NCBI GenBank assembly: GCA_038087875.1
Contig: CM075995.1
Coordinates: forward strand, 3,288,001 to 3,352,000
From: Malacoraja senta
Lineage: Eukaryota
DNA length: 64,000 nt
Direction of reading: 5' to 3'
Part shown: positions 36,475 to 49,978 of the stretch, in pieces
How positions within the stretch are numbered: the first letter of the stretch is position 1
Layout: every line of letters starts with the position of its first letter
Notes under the pieces: model-generated
The model's input: only the letters and a program-made list of their open reading frames with translations
The model's database searches: none
Told to the model about the DNA's origin: nothing
Translations under genes and position numbers: made by a program

Positions 36475-37110
36475 CATCAATGGTGGAGGGGGTCAAAAAC
36501 TTCAAATTCCTGGGTGAGCATATTTCCGAAGATCTTTCCTGGACCCAGCACACTGATGCAATTATAAAGAAGGCACATCAGCGACTCTAGTTCCTGAGAA
36601 GATTACGGAGATTCGGCATTTCAAAGAGGATTCTCCTGAACTTCTACAGGTGCGCAGTAGAGAGCATATTGACTGGTTGCATCGTGGCCTGGTTCGGCAA
36701 CTTGAACGTTCGGGAGCGGAAAAGACTGCAAAAAGTTGTGACCACTGCCCAGTCCATCACTGGCTTTGACCTCCCTACCATCGAAGGAATCTGTCGAAGT
36801 CGCTGCCTCAAAAACGCAGCCAACATCATCAAAGATCCACACCATCCTGGACACACACTCATTTCACCATTGCCATCAGGAAGAAGGTACAGGAGCCTGA
36901 AAACTGTAACGTCCAGGTTCAGAAACAACTTCTTCCCTCCAGCCATCAGGCTATTAAACACAACAAATAAGCTCTGAACTGCAACAGACTATTATTATTA
37001 TTGCACTATGTTTGTTATTTATTGAGTATGTGTGCATGTGTATATATACACACTGAACTGTTTTTCATCTCCCGTTATGTACTATGTTTACATATTCTGT
37101 TGTGCTGCAG
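36475..37110 (+). mobile_element. Rex1/Babar-type LINE 3' fragment
   Basis: FKFLG...KKAHQRL...ILTGCIVAWFGN...LPSGRRYRSL...RFRNNFFPPAIRLLN. Confidence 0.88.
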
Positions 37111-37111
37111 C

Positions 37112-37586
37112 AGAGAGCAGAGGCCACCCCGACTGAAGTCCCGTCACCCCTTTGCTCCACATGGAAAACAACTCCTAGCATCCATCCAGCCAACTGAGAC
37201 AAAAGCACACTGGAAAGCCACCAAGTGGTCACAGGAGTGGAAGGCAACCTCATCTCCATTACGCAGCTACATCTCTTCACCAGATAAAAGCTGTCCAGGG
37301 TCTGAGCTCCCCAGAGGAGCATGGGTGAAGCTCAACAGACTTCGTACTGGAGTTGAGCATTTCAATGCCAGCGTGTGGAGATGGGGACTCCGCCAGAGCC
37401 CAGCCTGTGTATGCAGAGCAGAACAACAGACAGCCACCATGTCATCTCTGGGTGCCCGCTCTACCACCCACCAAATGGAGCTCAGGGCCTGGCAGACATT
37501 GACGCAGAGACAACAACCTGGCTGCTCAACACCCGGCTTGAGATCTAACTATTCCTTCGGTTTATGTTTCATTCGCAAGAAGAAGT
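37112..37586 (+). mobile_element. Vingi/Ingi-clade LINE 3' fragment
   Basis: PRLKSR...WVKLNRLRTGV...WRWGL...CVC..QQT (C-terminal zinc-knuckle region), with a GCAAGAAGAAG tail. Inserted in a Rex1 3' UTR. Confidence 0.75.
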
Positions 37587-38719
37587 ATGAATCTCATTGT
37601 CTTATCTGGGACATATGACAATAAAACACTCTCTTGACCCTTGATGTATCCCTGTAAATGCATTGATTGTAATCACGTATTGTCTTTCCGCTGACTGGTT
37701 AACACGCAACAAAAGCTTTTCACTGACACGTGACAAGAAACTAAACTGAACTATCCATGTACCTGTCTATATATTTCTTAAACGTTGCAATAGTACCTGC
37801 CTCAACTATCTCCTCTGTGTAGGTCAGGACTGGAGGGTCTAAGCTGTTGGGAGAGGTTAACCAGGCACCCACCACCCTTTGTGTGAAAAAGGTTACCCCT
37901 CAGTTTCCTATGGAATAGAGGGATTGGGATCGAGTGCAAGCAGGGGAGATAGTCTAACCTGGCATCTAACCTGGCATCATGAACATTGTTGGCTAAAGGC
38001 CTGTACCAGTTCTACACTGTGTTCTGTTTTATGCTCTGTGACTGTGTCTATGACTGCATCTAACCATGTTCTCCCATCACGACTGTGTTTATCCTATGCT
38101 GACTTCCAGAACATAAGTGCTTTAATTTCACACTCTCATCTTTGTGCGTAAATCCTACATTGACCTCACCTCTTCTTTCCTCTGTACTTTCCCCCAGTCT
38201 GACCACCTTTCTCCTTTTAGCTCGCACTACCGAGCACTGTGAGAATATCTTCACCAATTCTTCAACTCTCCTTCAGCTGTTGAGATCTCCAATGATGAAA
38301 CCCCTTACTTTAAGTATCACCTTGAACAGTCTGTTTCACTGTGTTATCACCTCGATCACAGCCAACAATGGACTATTGTGAGCTCCAGCTTTCCTGAGTC
38401 ACTTCCTGTGCCTTACATGTGCCGGCTATGATTTATTCTGTACCTTTTCATGCCTCTAGTCTCCCTTTCCCCTGATTCTCAGTCTGAAGAATGGTCTTGA
38501 CCCGAAACATCACCCATTCCTTTCCTCCACAGATGCTGCCTGACCCGCTGAGTTTCTCCAGCATTTTGTGTCTATCTTCGGTGTAAACCAACATCTGCAG
38601 CATCTTCTTGTTCATCTTAAAGTGCACCATCCTATTCTCTAGCTTGTTACTTGTCTTATTTTGTTTTCAAAACAAATAAAGCAAAAATACATTTGAAACC
38701 AACAAGAAATTTAAACTGT

Positions 38720-39168
38720 TAAAGAAGGAACTGCAGATGCTGGAAAATCGAAGGTACACAAAAATGCTGGAGAAACTCAGCGGGTGCAGCAGCATCTATG
38801 GAGCGAAGGAAATAGGTAACGTTTCGGGCCGAAACCCTTCTTCAGACTGATAGGGGGTGGGGAGAAGAAAGGAAAAAAGGAAAAAGGCGGAGGAGGAGCC
38901 CGAGGGCTGGGGGAGGGGAGGAGACAACCAGATGGCTGATGAAGGGGAGGGGACAGCAAGGGCTAGCAGAATTGGGAGAATTCAATGTTCAAGCCCCCAG
39001 GATGTAGACTGCCCAAGCGGAATATGAGGTGCATTTCCTCCAATTTACAGTGTTGCTCGCTGTGGCCATGGAGGAGACCCAGGACAGAGAGGTCAGATAC
39101 GGAATGGGAGGGGGAGTTGAAGTGCTGAGCCACCGGGACGTCAGGTTGGTTATTGCGGACCGACCGGA
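38720..39168 (-). mobile_element. Penelope-like 3' fragment with intact hammerhead core
   Basis: Same subfamily as 53403-54330. Minus strand reads CTGAAGAAGGGTTTCGGCCCGAAACGTT. Confidence 0.88.
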
Positions 39169-40409
39169 AAAGGTAGAAATTTAAACTACCTTTGAGTCAT
39201 TCTAAAAGTGCAAGATTGCATTATTCCACACAATCATCTGGACATTGTTGACTAATGAATGAGCTCTGTACAGTGTGTGTAGGAATAGAACTGCAGATGC
39301 TGGTTTACAGTAAATCAACAAAATCCAGCATTATGTGTCTATTGTGGAGTTTTGTACAGTGCTCACTTCCTTAAAAAGATCATCTGGTCACTTACAATTT
39401 TTTTAAGGTTTAAGGTGAAGGGGAAAAGATTTAATAGGAATCTGAGAGGTAACCTTTTCACACAAAGGGTGTTGGGTGTATGGAACAAGCTGCCAGAGGA
39501 GGTAGTTGAAGCAGGGACTATCCCAATGTTTAAGAAACAGTTAGACAGGTACAATACATGGATAGGATAGGTTTGGAGGGATATGGATGAAATGCTGGCA
39601 GGTGGGACTATTGTAGCTGGGACAAGTTGGCCAGTGTGGGCATGTTGGGCCGAAGGGCCTGTTCCCACACTGTATCACTCTATGACTCTATGACTTGAGC
39701 AGAATTAGTCCATTTAGCCCATCGAGTCTGTTCCATCATTCGCTCATGGTTGATCTATTTTTTCCTCTCAACCCCATTCTCCATAACCTTCGATGCCCTT
39801 TACTAATCAAGAATATTCACTGCAAGATTTATCACCCATTTTATCAGCTTCAAAACTGCTGGGAAATAGTGGAGGCAAAATAAATTGTTCAGACATTTAG
39901 TTTAGTTTAGTTTATTGTCACGTGTACAGTCAAAAAGCTTTTGTTGCGTGGTATCCAGTCAGCGGAAAGACAGTACCTGATTACAATCGAGCCATTCACG
40001 GTGTATAGATACATGATAAGTAGAATGATGTCGAGTGCAAGATAATGTACAGTAAAGTCAGATTTTTTTTGTTTTTAGATTTTTTAAAGATTTCTTTAGT
40101 TTAGATTAGAGATACAGCACAGAAACAGGCCTTTCGGCCCACCAAGTCCGCACCAACCAGCGATCCCCGCTTATTATTATCCCACACCAGGGACAATTTT
40201 ATACCAAACCAATTAACCTACAAACCTGTATGTCTTTGGAGTGAGGGAGAAAACCCACGCAGGTCATGAGGAGAAACTACAAATATTGTACAGACAAGCA
40301 CCCGTAGCCAGGATTGATACCGGGTCTGTGGTGCTGTAAGTGTTCTACTGCTCTACTGCTGTGCCACCGTGCCGCCTCTTAGAAGATTCTTGGAATCTTG
40401 GAAACTTCA

Positions 40410-41238
40410 TTGTCATTCAGACCTTTTGGTCTGAACGAAATTTCGTTGCCTTGCAGTCATACATATAATAAAATAACAAAACACACAATAAACACAAATT
40501 TAACATCCACCACAGTGAGTTCACCAGACACCTCCTCACTGTGATGGAAGGCAAAAATCTTAAGTCTTTGTCTCTTCCCTCCTTGTTCTCCCTCTGCGCT
40601 GAGGCGATCCAGGCCTCCGATGTTGTGACCACCACCGGGTGATGGTAAGTAAGTCCCGCGGCTCAACCGTGCTCCGCGAACGGGCCGGTTCAATCTCTGC
40701 GGGTGGTCGAAGCTGCCGCCCTCCAGTCCAGCGTACGAAGCTGTTGCCGCGGGTGCTCCGGAAAAACAGGTCACCAACCTGTGACCTGCGAGCTCCCGAC
40801 GATGTCGTCTACTGGGCCCGCGGCCGAACCTCCGAAGTCGGGTCGCCGCCGCCGGAACACCGCCTCAGCCCCGAGTCGGGCCGCCGCAGGAACGCCAGAA
40901 CCCGCCACAGGAACGCCAGAACCCGCCACAGCCCCGAAGTCGGCCAGCCTCGCGCTGGTAAGTCCTGGCTGGCCCTGCCTCCGGAGCCTCGAGGTCGGTC
41001 GCAGTTGGAGGCCGCCAGTTCCGCCATTAGGCCTCAGCGCAGACGGAGACGGGGGATACAACAAGAAAAGGTCGCATTCCCCCCGAAGGAAGAGACTAAA
41101 ACACGTTTCTCCCACCCCCACACATACACAACCTAATAACTCAAATTAACAAGCTAAAACAGAACAAGAAAACAAAAAAAGAAAAAACAGACGGACTGCA
41201 GGCGAGCCGCAGCTGCCAAGGCAACGCCGCCACTCCAA
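40410..41238 (-). mobile_element. GC-rich non-autonomous LINE-derived element (family uncertain, possibly Rex1/Babar-related)
   Basis: The 3' part (TTTTGCCTTCCATCACAGTGAGGAG...GAATGACAAT) also occurs at about 22150-22335(+). A similar 5'-type segment lies at about 43300-43720. No ORF homology recognised. Confidence 0.5.
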
Positions 41239-42652
41239 CAAGAAGCCATCGTTTTGGATGTTTAATGTTGGAAAATATGAGGAAAATTGATATAATGTAT
41301 ATTGAAGTACATTGCTACAATCACCTTCACGGGCAAAGTAGCAGGCACAGACATGGTGATTGTCACCCAATTAATGAAACAAAGGAAAGGATTGGTTATG
41401 CATCTTAAATTGACGCTAATAACGTTTGACTCCTACCGAGCTTTTAGACGAAACACTGCCTCCTATCACTGAAGTGGAAATGACATACTGCCACACAGAC
41501 AGGGCAGTCAATGTTCACATATCTCGCTTGTTTATTCGGGAAGGGCCGCGTATAATCATCTGGCAGAGAACCGACAATCCGTACTGTCTGAGACAGGCAT
41601 CACTGGAGCTGGAGTGTAGAATCATTCAGACAGGGAGTCGGCAATAAGGTAACAAGGTGGCTATCAAATAAACTCAGTGAGGCACTGAATCATGCACAAT
41701 ATATTGACTGGGAAATAATTCAGAGTGTAATGACTCCAGTCTTAGCAAACTTCCACATGAATAACGCCCTCTTCCAAATTCATCATGTGAATATATCATC
41801 TGAAGAAGGGTCTCGACCCGAAACATCACGCATTCCTTCTCTCCAGAGATGCTGCCTGTCCCGCTGCGTTACTCCAGCTTTTTGTGCCTATCTTTGATTT
41901 AAACCAGCATCTGCAGTTCCTTCACAGACATGTGAATATATAATATATACTCTATTCATAAGGTCATAAGGGATAGGAGTAGAATTAGGCCATTTGACCC
42001 ATCAAGTCTACTCCGCCATTCAATTACGGCTGATCAATCTCCCCCTCCTAACCCCATTCTCCTGCCTTCTCCCCATAACCTCTGACACCTGTACTAATCA
42101 AGAATCTATTTATCTATGCCTTAAAAATATCCACTGCCTTGGCCTCCACAGCCTTCTGTGGCAAAGAATCCACATATTCACCACCCTTCTTCTCATCTCC
42201 TTCCTAAATGAACGTCCTTTAATTCTGAGTATGACCTCTAGTCCTAGACTCTCTCACTAGTGGAAACACCCTCTCCACATCCACACTATCCAAGCCTTTC
42301 ACTATTCTGTATGTTTCAATGAGATCCCCGCTCATTCCTCTAAACTCCAGCGAGTACAGGCCCAGTGCTGACAAACGCTCATCATAGGTTAACCCACTCA
42401 TTCCTAGAATCAATCTTGTAAACCTCCTCTGGACCCTCTCCAGAGCCAACACTCATTCCTCAGATATGGTGCCCAAAATTGCGCACGATATTTCAAATGT
42501 AGCCTCATCAGCCCTTCTGGAGCCTCATCATGACATCCCTGCTTTTGTATACAAGTCCTCTTGAAATAAATGCTAGCACTGAGTTTACTTTCTTTATTAC
42601 CAATTCGACTTGCAAATTAAGTTTTTGGGAATCCTGCACCAGCACTCTCAAC

Positions 42653-43152
42653 CAGGGTTGCCAACTGTCCCGTATTAGCTGGGACATCCCGTATTTTGGG
42701 CTAAGTTGGTTTGTCCCATACGGGACCGACCTTGTCCCGTATTCTACTACACGGGTCGAGAGGACTGTCGGGTCGGAGCGCCACATCCGGCCCCGCCTCA
42801 CCCATCCTGACGTAGTGCAGCATTAGCGCCTTGCCCATGGCTCCGTCGGTCGGCAGCCCGGTCAACTGTCCGACCTTCGGACCTTCGCTTACCGCCGACA
42901 CCACCACCCCTCCTACTCATGGCCGATCATCGGTTCATGATTTAGATGGGGTGCCGGACTTTGTGCGTGACGTCGCGCGGGCCAAAACTCCTCAGCTGGC
43001 CCGCCGGCTGGGCTTTGTGTGCAATCCAGCACCCGGGCCAACTCATCATTCACCCAGCCACGTCCGTGTCGGTCAATGAATTGCCGTTGGGAATTTGTCC
43101 TGTATTTTGACCTTTTGTTCCTTATTTGGGAGTGAGAAAGTTGGCAACCCTG
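42653..43152. mobile_element. Non-autonomous hAT (Tip100-like) MITE inserted in a CR1
   Basis: Perfect 14-bp TIRs CAGGGTTGCCAACT / AGTTGGCAACCCTG. Degenerate 8-bp TSD CTCTCAAC / CTTTCAAG. Subterminal TGTCCCGTATT repeats. Confidence 0.9.
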
Positions 43153-46100
43153 CTTTCAAGTCCCTTTGCACCTCAAAGTTTGGATTCTCACCCCATTTAG
43201 TAATAATAATAATAATAATGGATTTTATTTACGGGCGCCTTATACCGAGGTCTCAAGGACACCATACAGAGATTTATAGAAAACATATAATCAGAATTTA
43301 AAAAAAATAGGTTATAAAGACCAATACATAAATCAGGGACAGAATTCCTTCCAAAAACACAAAAAAAAAGAAAATCAGAAGCACAACTTGAGGAGAGAGC
43401 AGCGGCAATTTAACGCCAGCGTCCACTCCCCCCTCCGACCGCCATCTTGAACACAGACTAACAAATACAATTACAAACAATTACATACAAAAATCATCCC
43501 CCCACAGTGATTTCCATTGTGGGGGAAGGCACAATGTCCAGTCCCCAGCCCCAGTTCACCCCAAAAAGTCAGGCCAAATGAAGCCCCCGCTATTGCCTCT
43601 ACGAAGGCCCGATGATCCTGGCCGTTCTCGCCGGGTGATGTAGCCCCGGCGTCGGGAGAGTCCTCCAGCAGCTGGGCCACCTGGAACGGCCGCATCCCTC
43701 ACCGGAGGCCGTAACTACGGCTGGAACAGTTTACGACTATATTCCTGCTACAAAAATACATGACTCCACACTTTGCTACACTATATTCCATCTGCCACTT
43801 CTCTGACCTCTCGCCCAACCTGTCCAAGTCCTTCTGCAGAGTCCCTGCTTTCTCTACACTATTTGCCTCTCCACCTATTTTTGTATCATCCACAAACTTT
43901 GCCACAATGACTTCAATCCCCTCGTCCAAATCATTTATATTCCTTGGAGTTCAGGAGGATGAGGGGGAATCTTATAGAGGTGTATAAATTAGTGAGAGGA
44001 ATAGATCGAGTAGATGCACAGAGTCTCTTGCCCAGAGTAGGCGAATCGAGGATCAGGGGACATACATTTAAGGTGAAGGGGGAAAGATTTAATAGGAATC
44101 TGAGGGGTACCTTTTCCACACAAAGAGTAGTGGGGGCATGGAACCAGCTGCCAGAGGAGGTACTTGAGGCAGGGACTATCCCAACATTTAAGGAACAGTT
44201 AGGCAGGTACATGGATAGAACAGGTTTGGAGGTGTATGGGCCAAACGCTGGCAGGTGGGACTAGTGTAGCTGGGACATGTTGGGCCGAACGGCCTGTTTC
44301 CACTGTATCACTATGACTCTATATGACTCTTTTAGTTAAAAGCAACACATCAGCAAGTAAAGAGAAATTGCAAGCATGCTGAAAACTCCAGTAAGGCTTC
44401 ATTTAATGAGAAAATGAAGGAGTTTGGATAAGGTTTATCAGACTCAAAATCCTCCCACTGTGTGATGGTTGTGTCACTGTGGTGAATCTGTGGAATTCTT
44501 TGCCACAGAAGGCTGTGGAGGCCGTCAGTAGATATTTTGAAGGCAGAGATAGATAGATTCTTGATTAGTACGGGTGTCAGAGGTTATGGGGAGAAGGGAG
44601 GAGAATGAGGTTGAGAGGGAGAGATAGAGCAGCCATGATTGAAATGCAGAGTAGACCTGATGGGCCCTCTGGCCTAATTTTACTCCGATCACTTATGAAC
44701 ATGAAATATTACAGAATTTAGTGTCCAGCAGCATGCATTTACACCTTGCTTTCATTCTCAAGCTCTTCCTCTACTTGTTTATTTCTAATTTAGAGATATT
44801 GCATCAAAAAAGGCCCTTCGCCCCACCGAGTCCGTACTGACCAGCGATCCCTGCACACTAACTCTATCCTACATATACTAGGGACAATTTACAATTTTAC
44901 CAAAGCCGTACGTCTTTGGAGTGTGGGAGGAAACAGAAGATCCAGGAGAAAACACACGCAGGTCTCGGGGAGAACGTAGAAAGGCTGTACAGACTGCACC
45001 CGTAGTCAGGATCGAACCGGGGTCTCTGGAGCTGTAAAGTAGCAACTCTACCGTTGTGCCACCGTGCTGCCCTTTGTGACTGCTCACAAACCTACACAAG
45101 ATGATTGCATCTCTGCAGGACACGGAGGGGCAATGTTTCAGGTTGGGTCCCTTCTTCAATCTGTAGAAAGGGCCCAACTCAACACATCACCTGTCCTTGT
45201 CCTCCAGAGCTGCTGCCTGACCCGATGAATTACTCCAGCACTTGCAGCATTTGCATTCTTTGTAACTTTCCAAGATCATGTCAATTGACACCAATCATCC
45301 TATTCCAGATGATATGTTATTTCTTAATCCTCCATGAATTTCACAACTGCTGTTCAAGTGCGCCGACCATGAAAATACATGAAGCATATCTAATCTTTTC
45401 TTAATCTGTTGAAAGCAGATGCAGAATGCATTGAGTTCATTGGGGAGGGTCATTGCTGCCAGTGATCATGCCTGCCTTCATTTTGTGGCGTGTTATAACG
45501 TGCAAGCCTTGCCACACTCTACGGGTATCCATGTCATTCCCATGGAACTCCAGCTTGGTCCAGAAATCCCACTTGGCATCCTCAGTACCTATGTGAAGCT
45601 TGGTCATAGAATCATAGAGTCATAGGGTAATACAATGTGGAAACAGGCCCTTCGGCCCAACTCGCCCACACCGGCCAACAATGTCCCAGCTCCACTAGTC
45701 CCACTTGTCTGCGTTTGGTCCATATCCCTCCAAACCTGTCCTATCCATTTACCTGTCTAACTGTTTCTTAAATGATGGGATATTCCCTGCCTCATCTACC
45801 TCCTCTGGCAGCTTGTTCCACACACCCGCCACCCTTTATGTGAAAACGTTACCCCTCGGATTCCTATTACATCTTTTCCCCTTCACCTTGAACCTATGTC
45901 CTCTGGTCCTCGATTCCCCGACTCTGGGCAAAAGATACTGTGCATCTACCCGATCTATTCCTCTCATGATTTTGTCCAATTCTATAAGATCTCCCCTTAT
46001 CCACCTGCGCTCCATAGACTAGAGACCCAGCCTACTCAACCTATCCCTATAGCTCGCACCCTCTAGTCCTGGCAACATCCCTGTAAATCTTTTCTGAACC

Positions 46101-46526
46101 CTTTCAAGCTTGACAATATCTTTCCTATAACTGCTTGTCAATAGATATCTTGTGCCGCTCGGGATTATTTGACTTGAACGCCGCGGACTTAGACTTTACC
46201 TGGGAGTGGACTTCGCGGTTCATCCGTGGTTTCTGGTTCAGTAGCACGCCCATCGTCATCTTTGGTACACAGTCCTCTACACACTTGCTGACACTCACAG
46301 ACAAACCCTAATAGAGCCAATAGGGTGACACAGTCTGGAATCAGGCCCTCAAGCCCAACGTGCCCACACTGACCAACATGTCCCAGCTACACTCGTCCCA
46401 CCTGCCTTCATCTGGCCCACATCCCTCTAAACCAGTCCTACCCATGTACCTGTCTAAATGTTTCTTTAACGTTGCAATAGTACCTGCCTCAACTACCTCC
46501 TCAGGCAGCTCATTCCATACACCCAC

Positions 46527-47031
46527 TGTGACACGCTCCCCCTCCTGGTCAATGTTATGTGTTAACCACTGTTTCTTCCCCAAGTGCAGGCTGGAAGGAT
46601 CCTGTACCTGATTGGCCGGGCTGCGTCAGGTGACGGCGGACTCATCCCCAGTATAAATGGAAGATTTCCCAGAGTTCTCTCTCTTTCGGTGACGACCCTG
46701 CCTCGTGAGGTTGTGCTGGTGTGAGCTGTGAAAGGACCGGCCACATGGCATAGAACTTCGTCTAATTCCATCATTTTTTAGTAACAACTATTGGATTGGG
46801 CTGTCCTTAGACGTTATCGGTATTTTGTTTCAGGGATAGCTTTCTTTTAGGCAGGTTTAGAGCCTCGGGTTCGACGGTCCATCGCGTGACTGGCCTAAGC
46901 ACCTTTAAGTTGTTTATTAATCCATTCATCCTGGTCTGGGTTGTTTGAAGCAGGTTTGGGTTTTGGGGTGTTATCAATAATTAAACTATTTTTGAACGTA
47001 AACCTAGCTTTTGGACTTATGTTATGCGACA
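46527..47031 (+). mobile_element. Solo LTR (505 bp)
   Basis: TGT...ACA termini with perfect 5-bp TSD CCCAC (46522-46526 and 47032-47036), interrupting a CR1 3' end. TATAAA near 46653. Confidence 0.88.
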
Positions 47032-47474
47032 CCCACCACCCTTTGTGTGAAAGTGCGAGGCAGTGGGGAAATCAAGAGGCGGTGGAATATGCATCGTCAA
47101 ATTCCTTTTATGTATACATACTTGGCGAATAAATTAATTCTGATTCTGATTCTGATTCTCATATATCAGCAGGCACAGCATGCAGGGTTCCTGAGGTCAG
47201 TTTGCTGAGAGAGAAGACCAGAAGGAGTTCATAATAAAGGCAGTCTGATCTTACCAAGGTACAGCTGTGGTTGGAAGGGTAGCCCACACATACCCACTTT
47301 AAGAGGAAGAACAGGTGTTGCATTTCACTTATTTTGTCAAATGCCTTTTTTCTCATTTCTCACCTAACAAACATGGAATCACTTCCAAATATGTGGATAT
47401 TATTCTGATACGTCTGGCCACTGAATCTGAATGGGAATTGCTGTTAGCCCCTGGATGTAAGGTATGAGTTTGAG

Positions 47475-48645
47475 TAATTTATTGTCACGTGTACCGAGGC
47501 TTTTGTTGCGTGCTAACCATTCAGTGGAAAGACAATACATGATTACAATCCAGCCATCCACACTGTACAGGTACATGATAAAAGGAATAACATGCATAAC
47601 GTTTAGTGCAAGATAAGGTCCAGTAAAGTCCGATCAAAGATAGTCCGTGGGTCTCCAATGAGGTAGATAGTAGTTCAGGACTGCTCTCCAGTTGTTGGTT
47701 GGATGGTTCAGCTGCCTGGTAACAGCTGGGAAGAAACTGTCTCTAAATCTGGAGGTAAACAAAAATGCTGGAGAAACTCAGCGGGTGAGGCAGCATCTAT
47801 GGAGCGAAGGAAATAGGCAACGTTTCGGGTCGAAACCCTTCTTCAGACCATCTCTACTAAATCTGGAGGTGTGCATTTTCACACTTCTATACCTCTTGCC
47901 TGATGGGAGAGGGGAGAAGAGGGAGTGGCCGGGGTGCGACTCATCCTTGATTATGCTGCTGGCCTTGCTGAGGCAGCACGAGGTATAAATGGAGTCAATG
48001 AAAGGGAGGTTGGTTTGTGTGATGGTTCTGGGCTGCGTCCACAATTCTCTGCAATTCCTTGCGGACTTGGATGGAGCTGTTCCCAAACCATGCTGTGATG
48101 CATCCCGATAAAATGCTTTCTATGGTGCATCTGTAGAAGTTGGTGCAAGTTGTAGGGAACATGCTGAACTTTCTTCTGAGGAAGTAGAGGCGTTGGTGTG
48201 CTTTCTTGGCCGTTGCTTCAATATGGGTGGTCCAGGAGAAGATGCTGATGATATTTACTCCAAGGAATTTGAAGCTTTCAACCATCTCGACTTTGGCGCC
48301 GTCTGTGTTGTGTGTTCCACTTCGCTTCCTGAAGTCCATCACCATCTCCTTTGTCTTGCTGACATCGAGAAAGGTTGTTGTCTCGACACCAGGACACCAG
48401 GTTCTCAATCTCCTTCCTGTACTCCGTCTCATCGTTATTTGATATCTGTTGTCGTCTGCGAATTTGTAAATTGAGTTGGATTTGTACATGGCTGCACAGT
48501 TGTGGGTGTACAAGGGGTAAAGAAGGGGGCTGAGTACACATGCGTGTGGAGCCCCCGTGTTGAGGATTACCATGGAGGAGGATTTGTCCCCTATCCCCAC
48601 TGTTTGACATCTGTTGGACAGGAAGTCAAGGATCCAGTTTCAGAG
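47475..48645 (-). mobile_element. Rex1/Babar-type LINE fragment
   Basis: ILNTGAPHACVLSPLLY...KFADD...FKFLGV...KKAHQRLYFLR...ESILSGCITAWFGN, plus 3' UTR. Confidence 0.9.
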
Positions 48646-49891
48646 ACGAGTGCTGACTCCAAGTGCTGTGAATTCCCGAGAAGTTGGTTCTGTTCCGTTT
48701 TCCAGAGGAATGCTTAGCCTGGAGCTGTGCAGCACTCTGCCAGTGATTGCAAGTCTTAGGTGTCTGTCCCTTGTAATAAGCCCTGCCGTGAAACATTTTA
48801 GATAAGCAAAATATGGCTGTTCGTGGTTTAGAGATACAGCATGGAAACAGACCCTTCAGCCCACCGGGTCCATGCTGCCTATCAATCACCCGTTCACACT
48901 AGTTCTATGTTCCCACTTTCCCTACACATTATGGGGAATTTACAAAGGCCAATTAACCTACAAACCCACACTTCTCTGGGAAGTGGGAGGAAACTGAAAC
49001 ACCCGGAGTCACAGGGAGTCCGTGCAAACTCCACACAGTCAGCACCAGAGGTCAGGAGCAAAGCTGGGGCTTAAGCACTGTGAGGCAGTAGCTCCACCAC
49101 TGTGCCCCTGTAACTTGATTTCATCAGTTATTATTTAGTCCAATGCCATTTTAAAAACTCACTGCAGCCGAACTTAGGCTGCACCTGCTGATATACGCCT
49201 TGGAAGAAACTTCACTGCTCTCAATCCTGCACTGCAGGAGTTAAAGACCTCATGGTGTGATTGTAATCTTGGTAGTCAGCGCATGCAGAGCCATTTGCGG
49301 GCCAAATATGGCTCTAAGGGAGGGGAAGGGCAGTTGGTTAATAACATATGCTGTAGTGGGTTCTTGGCTCTACAGGTTCCAACAGGTAGATAGAGCAAAG
49401 AGAAGAGCAGCTATTGTCATGCTGTCACTTGAAATATGTCTACCACCTTTCATAGGAAGCAGCCACAAAGTCGCGCGATGTTGCTTGATCTCGGATATCA
49501 ATGTTTTTTTCCTTTATCAAAGAGCTTCCTTTAGTTCAGTTTCATTCACAACATTGGTAAAAAAAAGGTTGGACGATGTATAACTGTGTAGGAAAGAACG
49601 GCAGATGCTGGTTTACACCGAAGATAGCCACAAAACGCTGGAGCAACTCTTTTGCTCTGTCACGAGTGCTGTATAAACCCATGAGGTCGAGTTGTGAGCA
49701 TGAACTGGAGAAGGGTTTCGACCTGAAATATCACCTATTCCTTTTCTGCAGAGATGTTGTCTGACCCGCTGAGTCACTCCAGCTTTTTGTGCCTATCAAC
49801 CATTCTCGTGATGTTCGTTCGTTTCTTCGTTCGTTCGCTCGTGTGTCAGACGATGTAGCTCGCTGTTGGCTTCTGTCGTCGTCCAACATGT

Positions 49892-49978
49892 TGGCAGAAT
49901 TGTCGCCCGACGCGTCACAGAGTGCATCGCGCCGTCGCTTCCAGGGATCGCCACGAGGAGGCTTCTGTCATGATCTCT
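49892..49978 (-). ncRNA. HDV/CPEB3-like self-cleaving ribozyme (degenerate copy) at the 5' end of a short retroposon
   Basis: Minus strand, in order: P1 AGAGAUC, A, P2 UGACAGAA, P3 GCC, L3 UCCUCGU, P3' GGC, P1' GAUCCCU, GG (P1.1), P4 hairpin, GACAA, P2' UUCUGCCA. Folded by eye. Confidence 0.72.

Noticed and set aside
40620..41060. CpG island or host promoter (also 23500-23950 and 42720-43080)
   Set aside because: The CpG-rich tracts lie inside mobile elements (LINE-derived element, DIRS 5' region, hAT MITE).
41426..41647. 73-aa ORF in unique sequence (similar cases at 1508-1693, 50378-50560 and 52140-52355)
   Set aside because: No recognisable domain or convincing splice pair; lengths are within chance expectation.
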